Numbered from the stretch's first letter, positions 9,418 through 19,270 are shown. The stretch is DNA of 64,000 bases from Methanomassiliicoccaceae archaeon (GCA_040776945.1 JAXGZN010000001.1:384001-448000); one strand, 5' to 3'. Notes: generated from the sequence alone by a model not told the origin. A program made the numbers and translations.

Positions 9418-11444
9418 CCCTCGAAGAACAGGCGGGGCTTGCCGACGCCGGTCACGGTGATAACTACCTCTAAGAGTATGCTTCCCCCCCAACCTCCGCT
9501 GAGCTTGGCCTCCTTTCGTTTTTCATCTATTATCACCTCAGCACTGTCGGCCCCAGAGGCAAGAGCCATCTCCTTGACCAGCCTGCCACCCTCCGCCTTG
9601 GCATACGCAATGGCATCGTCCATGTGCTCGAAGTCCCTCTTTTCCTGCATCCAATATAGAGTGCATGGAGGGTTCTCCATTTCTGCCAATCCTTTCTTTG
9701 GTCGTATGAGAAGATCTATGGATTCCATGACGTTGCCTGATATCGCCCCGGCAGCATTGCCTATCTCCGAGTTCTCGGGAAGCACCAGACTGGTCCCGAA
9801 TATCTTGGCCACCGTTGGGAGGTATGCTCCCACTGGTGCACCGATGCCTATGATCGGCTTGTTCAGCGCCAGATGGCAAGCGAAGTCCCGACGCCCGGTC
9901 CCTCGGACCATATTGTTCATAAGGGATGTCGCAACCTCGTCCAACTTGGCCTCTCCGACCTCCTCGAACACCAGTTTCCTCAGCACCTCGAAGGTGATCT
10001 TCTCGATGGCCGCTGTCTTTACAGAATCGATGAACTCGGTGACCGGTATCCCAAGAATCTCGGCCTGGACCTGTACTCCGAACTTGGAGGCTTCGGGGTC
10101 ATACTCGACGTAAGAGCCTTCGGCGTGCAGCATATCGGTCGGTGTGAGGCCGATGCGCTGTATGATGCCTAGACCCTCCATCTTCCTTAGGTTAAGTGAG
10201 AGCGGGTGCACGTTCAGGGCCTCCGCCAGCTCGTACAGCGACATGGGCTCCTCCTTTAAGAGGTCAAGAACCCTCCTTTGTTCTTCCCCGAGGTCGTGGC
10301 CGTTGGCCTCCCTGGAGAAGGTGAAGAACTCAGTAACCTGAGGGACGGTGTCAAGGTCCATGTAAGAGGGAGTCCATCGACCCTTGCTTCCGATGAGCGC
10401 TTGCAACTTGGGCCTAAGACTAGGGAAGCTGGAGGATGCAATGCATAGCGGCATTACCCTAAGGGCGCTGATCTGTATCTTCCCGCTGGCGACCACCACT
10501 CGAGAGTCGCCTCCGATGCCGGAAGTGAAGATATCCACTGCCCTCACCCTTGTGCGCCATCCGCCCAGCATTGCTCCTTCAGCGTCAAGGCGGGGTCGCC
10601 CGCCCCTCAGGATGCCTATGTCGGTGGTCGTGCCTCCAACGTCGACGATAATAGCATCATCAAGGCTGGTCAGCGCCTTCGCGCCGATGATCGAGGCTGC
10701 CGGCCCTGAAAGGATTGTCTCGACCGGACGTTCCTTGGCCACAGATTCGTCCATGAGGGAACCGTCCCCTTTGACAATCATCAAAGGAGCTTTTATGCCA
10801 AGACGGTCTCGGACGTTCTTGATCGAAGCTATTAGATCTGTTATTATGGGTATCAGGCGAGCGTTTAGCACAGCGGTGATCGTCCGCTCATGGAAACCTA
10901 GGGCCGATGAGAGTTCGTGACCGCACACGACCGGGTAGGGAGCTAGCGACTTCACAAGCTCCCTGACTGCGATCTCATGCTCCGGGTTCCTGACGCTCAG
11001 ATAGCTAGATATGGCGAAGGCATCAACCTTGTCCTTCACAGAACACACGAACTCCCTAGCGCCATCCAGGTCCAGCTCGTTCTTCCTGACCCCTTCTAAG
11101 TTATGGCCCCCTCTCAGCTGGACGATCTCGTCCACTGGTATATTGGGAACAGCTTCATGTCCTATGACGATAAGCCCGACCCGGCAGCCCTTGCCTTCCA
11201 CCACCGAGTTGGTAGCGAGGGTCGAGGACACTGCCAATAGGCGCACCCTATCGAAGAGGGACTTGTCCAGAGCGGAGATGGCCTTGCCGATCCCGATAGT
11301 AAGGTTCTCACGAGTGGTCAGGGACTTTGCCTTGGTCAATACCGCACCGCTCGCCATGTTCAGGATAGCGGCGTCTGTATAGGTGCCGCCGGTATCGATC
11401 CCCAATCCCAGGTTGATCTCGCCTTCGTTGCTTGAAGCTTTCAT
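9414..11444 (-). CDS. Hydantoinase A/oxoprolinase family ATPase (copy 2)
   Basis: LGIDTGGTYTD, SSTLATNSVVEG, ERTITAVLNA, ETILSGPAAS, VDVGGTTTDI, GIGGDS, GNAAGA. Confidence 0.9.
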   Translation of the reverse strand: MKASSNEGEINLGLGIDTGGTYTDAAILNMASGAVLTKAKSLTTRENLTIGIGKAISALDKSLFDRVRLLAVSSTLATNSVVEGKGCRVGLIVIGHEAVPNIPVDEIVQLRGGHNLEGVRKNELDLDGAREFVCSVKDKVDAFAISSYLSVRNPEHEIAVRELVKSLAPYPVVCGHELSSALGFHERTITAVLNARLIPIITDLIASIKNVRDRLGIKAPLMIVKGDGSLMDESVAKERPVETILSGPAASIIGAKALTSLDDAIIVDVGGTTTDIGILRGGRPRLDAEGAMLGGWRTRVRAVDIFTSGIGGDSRVVVASGKIQISALRVMPLCIASSSFPSLRPKLQALIGSKGRWTPSYMDLDTVPQVTEFFTFSREANGHDLGEEQRRVLDLLKEEPMSLYELAEALNVHPLSLNLRKMEGLGIIQRIGLTPTDMLHAEGSYVEYDPEASKFGVQVQAEILGIPVTEFIDSVKTAAIEKITFEVLRKLVFEEVGEAKLDEVATSLMNNMVRGTGRRDFACHLALNKPIIGIGAPVGAYLPTVAKIFGTSLVLPENSEIGNAAGAISGNVMESIDLLIRPKKGLAEMENPPCTLYWMQEKRDFEHMDDAIAYAKAEGGRLVKEMALASGADSAEVIIDEKRKEAKLSGGWGGSILLEVVITVTGVGKPRLFFEG

Positions 11445-11525
11445 TGTTCCCACGTCCGTCTGGTCCTCTCCTCTATCGGCTTAAGTTCTTGGACTAACGT
11501 ACCGGCCAAAGGCCGGCACTTCGCC

Positions 11526-13472
11526 CTATAGTTTGATCTTGGGCCTCCCCGTCGCCGTGGCGGTCAGGTCCACCCAGTTGGTGAACTTCATCTCTTGTCC
11601 ATATCCATCACAGAAGCGATGCTCGTCCACGTCAAGCTTGACCGATACATCGACAGCCCCGGTCCTCTTTATCCGCTCCTTGACAAAGTACTCGGCATAG
11701 GATTTTCCGGCCGCGAGCGCGGAGTCGTAGGTGGAATATTCCATGGGAGATGATCCTGGTCCGAACACTACGTACTTGAACTCCTTGGGAAAGATGCGAA
11801 CGGTCGCGGTCTCCGTCACCTGGCTCAGCACTGCGCCTACAGCGTTGCCCACATCATGGTTAGGAGGTATGATGACCGGACATCCCAGCCGGGCCTCCAA
11901 CGGCTTCACCATGACATCTACAGGAGCGCCAACGCCGACGATGGGCACTTTGGGCGTCGCTACGACCTTTAGGTCCTTCAGAATTCCCGATCCGGCGGTC
12001 GAGCGCAGCAGGAGGTCGAAGCCACTGGAATCCGGAATGTCGCCGCCCGCATCGATCAGCCCTTTTTTGACGATCTCCTCAGCGATACGAGTGATCGATA
12101 GCTCCATGATCATATCGGACAGCTTGCCAGGCTCGTCACCGTATTTTCCAGCGAAGACCCTGAGGGCGATCTCCGACGCTTCCTTGTTCCCCCCGGGGAA
12201 CATGCCCTTGACATGCATGATGTCAGTAGGTGTGAGCCCTGTCTGAAGTATGTACCCTCTATTGCGCAATGATTTCAATTGGTCTTCGACGAAGACCACG
12301 TCGTGGACGTTGTTGATCGCCTCGAAGAGCGTACAGTCGCCGCGCTCCCAAACGAACCGTAGAACGCTCTTCTCCTTCTCTGACAGGGCGGCGGTCTCCT
12401 TCCTCACCGGCATAAAGAAGGTGAGAGTGTTCTCCGACATCATCCGCTCCTTGATACCAGGACGTTCCTTTGTTGCTATTGCCAGGGGCAGCACCCGGTC
12501 CGGGCCGAGCCTGAGGTTGCCCTTATCGTCCATGCTTACGCTGGAATCACCGCCCAATCCAGCTGTCCAGATATCAATAGCACGGACCCTGGTCCTCCAC
12601 TTTCCGACCATGGACCCTTCCATGTTCAGCCTGGGGAACCCATCCTGGAGATATGCGATGTCCGTCGACGTTCCCCCTACATCGACCACAAGGCAGCTGT
12701 CTAGACCGGAGATGGCACGGCCGCCCATTAGACTTGCCGCCGGGCCGGAGAGCACGGTATCGACCGGACGCTCTTTAGCCACCGGCAGGCTCATCAGGCC
12801 GCCATCTCCCTTGAACACATATATAGATGCATCGATGCCCCTGGATATGAGGGAGCGCTCCATAGAGTCCAGGAAATCGTTGATCACAGGCAACAGTTTA
12901 GCATTGAGGACGGCGGTCACCGTGCGCTCGTAGATGCCAAGCTCCGCTGTCAGGTCGTGCCCCATGACCACGGGCAAGTTATACTTGGATTGAACCAGAC
13001 CTTTGGCCGAGGCCTCCTGGATGGGATTGGCCACACTGAACATTCCAGATATGACAACGGCGTCCATCTCGCGGCAGATGTCGTCAACGGCCTCCTCCAG
13101 GCCCTTCTCGTCGAGAGGTTCGATCATCTTGCCCATGGAATCGTAGCCGCCTCTGATGAATGCGGAGCGTTTGGCCTCAAAGGACCAGTCCGCCTGGGGG
13201 GTCCACCCTATCCCTATAAGGCCGACGTCCCCTCCCCTTCCCTGCAGAATAGCATTGGTGGCCAGAGTGGTGGAGAGACCGACCAATTTGATATCCCCTG
13301 GGTTGACCCCGTTGCCCTTCACCGCCGCGTCGATAGCGCCGATGATGCCTATGGAGAGGTCGTGATAGGTGGTGCGGGCCTTGGCCTTGACCAGCACTTT
13401 TTTTGTGTCCAGATCTACGATCGCGGCATCGGTGAACGTTCCACCGGTATCAACACCAAGTCCTAGTGTCAT
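11526..13472 (-). CDS. Hydantoinase A/oxoprolinase family ATPase (copy 1)
   Basis: LGVDTGGTFTD, STTLATNAIL, DTVLSGPAAS, VDVGGTSTDI, GLGGDS, GNAVGA. Confidence 0.9.
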   Translation of the reverse strand: MTLGLGVDTGGTFTDAAIVDLDTKKVLVKAKARTTYHDLSIGIIGAIDAAVKGNGVNPGDIKLVGLSTTLATNAILQGRGGDVGLIGIGWTPQADWSFEAKRSAFIRGGYDSMGKMIEPLDEKGLEEAVDDICREMDAVVISGMFSVANPIQEASAKGLVQSKYNLPVVMGHDLTAELGIYERTVTAVLNAKLLPVINDFLDSMERSLISRGIDASIYVFKGDGGLMSLPVAKERPVDTVLSGPAASLMGGRAISGLDSCLVVDVGGTSTDIAYLQDGFPRLNMEGSMVGKWRTRVRAIDIWTAGLGGDSSVSMDDKGNLRLGPDRVLPLAIATKERPGIKERMMSENTLTFFMPVRKETAALSEKEKSVLRFVWERGDCTLFEAINNVHDVVFVEDQLKSLRNRGYILQTGLTPTDIMHVKGMFPGGNKEASEIALRVFAGKYGDEPGKLSDMIMELSITRIAEEIVKKGLIDAGGDIPDSSGFDLLLRSTAGSGILKDLKVVATPKVPIVGVGAPVDVMVKPLEARLGCPVIIPPNHDVGNAVGAVLSQVTETATVRIFPKEFKYVVFGPGSSPMEYSTYDSALAAGKSYAEYFVKERIKRTGAVDVSVKLDVDEHRFCDGYGQEMKFTNWVDLTATATGRPKIKL

Positions 13473-13565
13473 GATATGTCTTCCTTACAGCTACACTGGA
13501 ATAACTAAAAAGGGATTATGTTGGCCCCGAATAATTATGTCTAAAAAACGACAATCGAACGTAGA

Positions 13566-13588
13566 CCAATATTGGCGGCAATATTGGC
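13566..13588. promoter_or_regulatory. Candidate operator: tandem CAATATTGGC repeats in a divergent promoter region
   Basis: CAATATTGGC at 13567-13576 and 13579-13588; the first lies within the perfect palindrome CCAATATTGG (13566-13575). Confidence 0.45.
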
Positions 13589-13650
13589 TTGAACCGGACC
13601 TCGGTCCCAGAAAGGATAACTAAGGGTGTTTCCATCTAGGGCCTGTCCAC

Positions 13651-14283
13651 ATGATGGAAGCCGAGTTCTCCATCCGAGGGCTGTGTTTTTGGATCTCGGA
13701 TTTCGCCGCCGAGAGATCCTGCACAGTGACCATTACGGAGTGTATCCCCTGGAGGAAGAAAGGAGGGCAGGCCCTGTTCGAGATCAATGGACTGGAGGCC
13801 GATATTGAGAGTGCTATGAGCGACGTACGGGCAAGGCCGGAGATCGTAAGCCTGGAGGTCGTGGAATCTTCCGAGGGGCGAGTGGTCGGCTCGGTGGCAG
13901 TGCGTGAGCTCTGGATAATATGGGCCATCGTGGATTGTGGCTGCTTCCTTGAATCAGCCTGGTCTAGTGGGGACAACAAGGTGTATTTCAAGGTGCTATC
14001 GGGGAGCGAGGGTTCACTGCCCAATCTGATCAAGACCATATCGTCCCGCGGAGCAGATATCGAGATCAATCGCATTGCACGAGCGGTCGATCGTCCGGTG
14101 GTCACCCGGAAGCAGGAGAAGGTTCTGAGACTCGCGCTGGAGAGGGGTTTCTTTGATTTTCCTCGTAAGGTAACCCTGGAAGAACTGGCTCTGATGTCAG
14201 GGATGTCCACCTCAACGGTGGCCGAGACCATCAAACGGGGGGAGCGGAACATTCTCAAGAGCTTTTTCGAGAAGAGAAGATGA
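13651..14283 (+). CDS. Bacterio-opsin activator-type (HTH_10) transcriptional regulator
   Basis: C-terminal VTRKQEKVLRLALERGFFDFPRKVTLEELA..GMSTSTVAETIKRGERNI is the HTH_10 consensus. Confidence 0.88.
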   Translation: MMEAEFSIRGLCFWISDFAAERSCTVTITECIPWRKKGGQALFEINGLEADIESAMSDVRARPEIVSLEVVESSEGRVVGSVAVRELWIIWAIVDCGCFLESAWSSGDNKVYFKVLSGSEGSLPNLIKTISSRGADIEINRIARAVDRPVVTRKQEKVLRLALERGFFDFPRKVTLEELALMSGMSTSTVAETIKRGERNILKSFFEKRR

Positions 14284-14486
14284 GGGACGGGCAGAAAGAT
14301 CGATAGGCCGTAATGGCCCGCTGTCAGCGGGCCGCCCCGTATGACCCTCTTGTGTTCCCTGGTCGATCTGCCCGTCGAGCTCATTAAAGAGATCGGCGCT
14401 CAGATCATCTCGTTACAGCTAATATCTCTGATTAGAAACGAGCATTTGCTGACCAATACGAGGAGCCTGCTCATCTTGCCTAACGC

Positions 14487-14960
14487 TCATCCTCCATGGT
14501 GGGCCATGCCCTTCTCTGTTTCATAGTAGTCTTTGATTATTTCATAATTCAGTCCATGCTTTTTGAAGACCGTCTCGATTGCCTCAAGGCTTTGTTCCCT
14601 TACTTCTGGGTCCCAGATGCCGTGTACGATTACGTGCAAGGTAAGTTCAGCATCCTGGAAGGTCGCCTCATGACCAAAGTCGTGCGTTATGTTCGGCCCT
14701 TTGCCCAGATCGATGAGGCTAGCGGACATCGCGCCGTTCGAGGCCTTCAGGAAAGCCTTGACATGGCCGACCAGATCAGCGCCGTGGTCCATGCATCGCT
14801 TTGTGATCACTGAGAGGAGCTCCCCCAAAGCGGCGGCCGCCTCGTCACGGGTCATGGTTTTTGGAGCGTGGATCATCATGTGGGTGGCGAACTTGCCTAG
14901 TTCATCTGCCTCTCGATGCATCTCGATGTGTATGTCCTCGTCGATATCTCCCATGCTCAA
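14487..14960 (-). CDS. His-rich partner of the COG0523 GTPase (CobW C-terminal-like, putative metal-binding)
   Basis: Overlaps the GTPase stop. Motifs DEDIHIEMH, LVGHVKAF, LHVIVHGI and C-terminal MAHHGG. Confidence 0.65.
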   Translation of the reverse strand: MSMGDIDEDIHIEMHREADELGKFATHMMIHAPKTMTRDEAAAALGELLSVITKRCMDHGADLVGHVKAFLKASNGAMSASLIDLGKGPNITHDFGHEATFQDAELTLHVIVHGIWDPEVREQSLEAIETVFKKHGLNYEIIKDYYETEKGMAHHGG

Positions 14961-15625
14961 CCGCTCCCGTACTGCTGCCGTAGGAGTTCGCGCTCCACCG
15001 CTTCATCGTACCTCGATGATGACCTTTCCGCAATTATTTGGGCCACCTCCTTCACTCCCATTCCTTTATGGGTGGAGATCCTCATGATCTCACACTTAGG
15101 ATTGATCTCCTTGACCAGATCCTCCGAGCGTTTGATGCGCCCCTCGTCCGAGGCGTCGACCTTGTTGATTAGGCAGACATCCGCCTCCCGTATCTGAGTT
15201 ACCACGAGCCTGCGCACAGTGCCCAGTAATGCATCGATCCGTGTCGAGTCTACCAGTGTCAGAACAGGCGCGTGATCGATCGTCACTGGCACCTCGGCCT
15301 CGGAATACTCGGCCGCTCGCTTCAGACCCCATGGTATAGCAACGCCTGATGGTTCAACGATGACGATATCTGGATTAAAGCTCGTATAGAGCAGCGCTAG
15401 AGTATTGGCGAAATTGCCGGCGATCTCGCAGCATATGCATCCGCCGGACATTTCCCTGGCTTTGAGACCATAGGAATCTACGATCTTGAAATCGACATTG
15501 ATCTCGCCTACATCGTTGACCACGATTGCGATGCGCTTCCCCCTGGTCACCAGTTCTTTGGCGACCTCGATAAGCAGCGTGGTCTTGCCGCTGCCCAAAA
15601 AGCCTGCGATCTGTGCGATCTTCAT
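14957..15625 (-). CDS. CobW/HypB/UreG-family (COG0523) metallochaperone GTPase
   Basis: GFLGSGKTT Walker A, VNDVGE, GGCICCE metal motif, VEPSG Walker B, NKVD. Confidence 0.9.
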   Translation of the reverse strand: MKIAQIAGFLGSGKTTLLIEVAKELVTRGKRIAIVVNDVGEINVDFKIVDSYGLKAREMSGGCICCEIAGNFANTLALLYTSFNPDIVIVEPSGVAIPWGLKRAAEYSEAEVPVTIDHAPVLTLVDSTRIDALLGTVRRLVVTQIREADVCLINKVDASDEGRIKRSEDLVKEINPKCEIMRISTHKGMGVKEVAQIIAERSSSRYDEAVERELLRQQYGSG

Positions 15626-15801
15626 GGCACCACTTTCTCGTGATATGGCCTACACAGTATAAAGATAGTTTGAGAAATCGACATTCTGGAAGGAAGGACC
15701 CATTATCAATAGAGAATTTGAACATGGAGATCATGTGGGCATGAACAATGATGCCTGGCATCATTTGCCCGTGATCTTGGCCAGATGTTGGGCTTCTTTC
15801 A

Positions 15802-16608
15802 TTACGGGCCTCTTTCGCCGAAGAAACCCCTCAGGCAAGAATGAAGGAGGCCTTGTGATACTTCCTCGATGCCTCCGGGCGGCAGATCGCCTAGAACGAA
15901 CGGACCATACTCCACCCGGATAAGGCGCATCACCTTCAGCCCGAGGAAGGCCATGATGTTGCGTACCTCACGGTTCTTGCCCTCCCTGATAGAGACGATC
16001 AACCAATGGTCGTTCCCTTTTCCATCCCTCTCTATTTCAATATTTATGGGTCCATACCTGATGCCCGCAATGGTCACGCCTCCCTTGAGCGGTTCTAGTT
16101 TTTTGCGGTCCACGGTCCCCCTGACGCGCACCTTGTAGCGCCTTAACCAGGCATTCTGTGGCAGCTCAAGGTATCGCTCCAGTTCCCCATCGTTGGTGAG
16201 GAGCAGAAGCCCTTCGGTGTTGAAATCGAGGCGCCCGACGCTCATTACGCGCGGCATCCCGGAAGGTAATCTATCAAAAACGGTCGGGCGCCCCCCAGGG
16301 TCCCTCATCGCAGTTATCGTACCAGTCGGTTTATGATATCGCCATAATCGAGTTCTTTCAGCCCTCTGTAAAGGCCTCCCGTCGATCGTTATGACGTCCC
16401 CGTACATTACGTTCAGTACCGGCGATGTCAACACCGATCCGTTAACGGTGACGCGGCCATCCGCGATCATCCTCTCAGCGTCTCGGCGCGAGCAGACGCC
16501 AGCCCTAGCGATCACCTTGGCGACCCTCTCGCCCGCAGAGGAAGTTTTTTCTCCCGAGCTTACGGTCTCACACGAACAAGGCCCTTCCACATGATGGCGC
16601 ATTGACAT
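15802..16608 (-). CDS. rluB: RsuA/RluB-family rRNA pseudouridine synthase (bacterial type, S4 domain)
   Basis: ERVAKVIARAGVCSRRDAE S4 domain, YHKPTG, VGRLDFNTEGLLLLTNDG, EGKNREVR, LIRVEYG. Confidence 0.88.
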   Translation of the reverse strand: MSMRHHVEGPCSCETVSSGEKTSSAGERVAKVIARAGVCSRRDAERMIADGRVTVNGSVLTSPVLNVMYGDVITIDGRPLQRAERTRLWRYHKPTGTITAMRDPGGRPTVFDRLPSGMPRVMSVGRLDFNTEGLLLLTNDGELERYLELPQNAWLRRYKVRVRGTVDRKKLEPLKGGVTIAGIRYGPINIEIERDGKGNDHWLIVSIREGKNREVRNIMAFLGLKVMRLIRVEYGPFVLGDLPPGGIEEVSQGLLHSCLRGFFGERGP

Positions 16609-16716
16609 GCCCTCGTAATATGCCTCCTATTGAGCATCCGCGACCGGTTTCATGAAACTAGTCCTGCTTTAAGGTTGCCGAAAAAGAGCGCATCGTTTAA
16701 GATATTTGAAAAAACG

Positions 16717-17370
16717 TCATCTCCTCTTGCGGTTGAGCGACGCCCTGACCAATGCAACAGCCTCCTGAGCGCTCACGGCATGAAGGTCCGCGCCGATCTC
16801 ATCGGCGAACTCCTTTGATGTTGGAGGTCCACCTATCATTATCAAGGTATTGGACCTAACGCCGTCCTCCACGAGCGCATCCACCGTCGTCTTCATTGAA
16901 TCCATGGTCGGAGTCATCAGAGTGCTCATGGCGACGATTGACGCCTTCGATAGCTTGGCCTCACGGACAAATGTATCCTCGGGCTGGTCCTTACCTAGGT
17001 CGCGAACGTCATAGCCGGCGGCCACCATCATGGCCCGCACGATGTTCTTTCCAATGTCGTGGACGTCACCCTCAACGACGCCGATGACGATGACCGCCCG
17101 TTCCGATGCTGCTTCCACGGACAGATGGGGGAGCAGGAGGTTAAGCGCCGCATACATCGCATCAGCGGCGAGAAGCACCTGGGGCAAAAAAATCTTGTGG
17201 CGGGAGTAACGGTCCCCGATGATGTTCATGCCTTTTATGAGTCCGCTGTCTATGGCCTCCATTGCACTCAGACCGTGGCGTATGGCGTTATTGGCATGGC
17301 GTATGGCATCCTCCTTCTTGCCTGAAACTACTGCGTGCTCGAGCCCGGCGAGGATGCGCGCCTTGTCCAT
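16717..17370 (-). CDS. Methyltransferase cognate corrinoid protein (MtaC/MtbC-like), copy 2
   Basis: GVVEGDVHDIGKNIV (DxHxxG), STLMTPTM, IMIGGPPTS; N-terminal cap FLPQVLLAADAM. Confidence 0.93.
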   Translation of the reverse strand: MDKARILAGLEHAVVSGKKEDAIRHANNAIRHGLSAMEAIDSGLIKGMNIIGDRYSRHKIFLPQVLLAADAMYAALNLLLPHLSVEAASERAVIVIGVVEGDVHDIGKNIVRAMMVAAGYDVRDLGKDQPEDTFVREAKLSKASIVAMSTLMTPTMDSMKTTVDALVEDGVRSNTLIMIGGPPTSKEFADEIGADLHAVSAQEAVALVRASLNRKRR

Positions 17371-17770
17371 GTTCCACCTTCCTGACAAGGACTTGATGGG
17401 AATGACCTGGTCCTGTCCGGTCGATGGATGAGGATTTCAATATTAATCCTTGGCACGGAAATGGGTGACCGATTCCGGACAGTGGACGGTCGAACGGCAA
17501 TGAACGTCAAGAGGGAAGCAAATAACATCGACCTATCTTGAGGCGCTCTTGTTCTCTGAAGGCTTATTATCTGACTTCACGGGCCAATGGACGCCTTAAC
17601 TACAAGCCCGTGTTCGTAAGCGCCTGATTAGACTGCCGTCGCATGGCCGACAGGGCTGCCTTAACGCATCTTATCGACTACGGCCGATATGCGGGTTCGT
17701 GAACGGGGAAAATTGGCAGTGGCATCCACCAAGGCCGATAACGTCAATAATGATAGGAAGTGTGCGGCGT

Positions 17771-18796
17771 TCAGAGAGCCATGTATGTCGCGTCGCGCAG
17801 AGCCAGAATATTGTCCAAAGGAGTATCGAACGGAAGCTCACATGCAGGCGCCAAGATCGATGCGTGGTCCTCGTTGTGCAAGGAACGTGCCCTTGAGACC
17901 TCGGCCCTTATCTGCTCCGGAGTTCCGCTATAGATCAGTGCGCGATGATCTATGCCAGCAACGATGCGGGTTCCGCCAAGACGCCCCCTGGCCTCATCGT
18001 ACCCGCTCCAATTCACTGGAATATGCATTGCTTCCGGGCGATACGCTTCTATCTCTTCCAGGATGTACGGCGATTCAGAGCAGTTGTGTACGATCACCTT
18101 CATCCCTTCGCCGTGGATGGTCTTGATCACAACACCGGTATGGTCTAGGTCGAATTCCCGGCAAAGCCCCAGCATGTTCTGGTCAGCATCCGCTAGCGCG
18201 TCGCTGATGAATATCACATCGACCCCAGAGACCGCTGCAAGATGTTTCACTTGCATTTTTTGCGAATCGGTTATTGTTCGAAGGAGCTTGTGCGCAAGGT
18301 CTGGTTCGACCATCTGAGCGATGAGGAGGTTTTCATAACCTATCACGCTCCCGGCGATTATGAACGGTGAACTCATGCCTCCGAGCACAGGGACCTCCTT
18401 CCCAATGGCAACGTTCATCATGGTAGCTGCTTTCAGGGGCACCGACCATTGTGGGTGCGATAAGGGATCGATAGGCTCAAGAAGTTCAACTTCCTCGAGA
18501 TGTATCGGTGTTTCTTTAGGATAGCGAACATCGCTTGAGAAGTGCAGGACCGCACCGAATGCGTTGGCCTCCATCAACAGGTCGCCCCAGCCGGCCATTA
18601 CGTTATCGTAACCGAACACCTTATGGGAGGCTAGGGATAGACGCGCGAACTTATGTGGATCGCAGAACGCCTCTCTCAAGCTCAGCCCAGTTCGCTCGAT
18701 GAGGTGTTGTGCTCCGCCAAGATGTTGGTACATCACTTGAGGCCGCTCTATCGGTTCCCCGTCCAACGCTGCCAAGAACATGTCCTTCGTGTTCAT
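17771..18796 (-). CDS. MtaA/CmuA (UroD-fold) methylcobamide methyltransferase family protein, divergent
   Basis: EANAFGA, Zn ligands IVHNCS and ILAPACELP. Confidence 0.82.
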   Translation of the reverse strand: MNTKDMFLAALDGEPIERPQVMYQHLGGAQHLIERTGLSLREAFCDPHKFARLSLASHKVFGYDNVMAGWGDLLMEANAFGAVLHFSSDVRYPKETPIHLEEVELLEPIDPLSHPQWSVPLKAATMMNVAIGKEVPVLGGMSSPFIIAGSVIGYENLLIAQMVEPDLAHKLLRTITDSQKMQVKHLAAVSGVDVIFISDALADADQNMLGLCREFDLDHTGVVIKTIHGEGMKVIVHNCSESPYILEEIEAYRPEAMHIPVNWSGYDEARGRLGGTRIVAGIDHRALIYSGTPEQIRAEVSRARSLHNEDHASILAPACELPFDTPLDNILALRDATYMAL

Positions 18797-18946
18797 TGAT
18801 CAACCATCCCTCCGTAGAGAACGGAACTCTTTTTCCAATGTTCATATCGAGGGCGTGCCATATCTCGTTGTTGTCGCTTTGACCCTCATCATATGTCGAT
18901 TGTCGGTGATTATTGATACCGCACCAAGCCACATCATGATCTGACC

Positions 18947-19270
18947 TTAACGGCTTTTTTTCCAGCCTTGCTCCCTTATATAATCATCAATTACGTTGGA
19001 CATGTGCGTCGACAGGTTGCGCTCATCATACTTGTTGCCAACATGGTCGACCGTCCGGATCAGGAACTCGTGGTCACATTTTGGGCACCTGGCCTTTGGG
19101 CATGACCTGACAGCTTCAGGACAGCCTCTGCACGCAAAGGTTCGACCATATGTCAACGAGAACTCGAATGAGCATTGAGGGCACTTGAACTTCTTGATCG
19201 CGCTCACCGTCTGCTCAGAGAAACCGTGCTCCCTCATTGCCCTCAAATAACTTGGATCGATATTGCTCAT
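18947..19270 (-). CDS. Small Cys-rich protein (CxxC x3, zinc-ribbon/Fe-S-like)
   Basis: FKCPQC...FACRGCPEAVRSC...RCPKCDHEF; SD-like GGGAG upstream. Confidence 0.75.
   Translation of the reverse strand: MSNIDPSYLRAMREHGFSEQTVSAIKKFKCPQCSFEFSLTYGRTFACRGCPEAVRSCPKARCPKCDHEFLIRTVDHVGNKYDERNLSTHMSNVIDDYIREQGWKKSR

Noticed and set aside
14315-14333. Palindrome GGCCCGCTG-T-CAGCGGGCC
   Set aside because: It lies between convergent genes and is probably an ordinary terminator stem; no further support.
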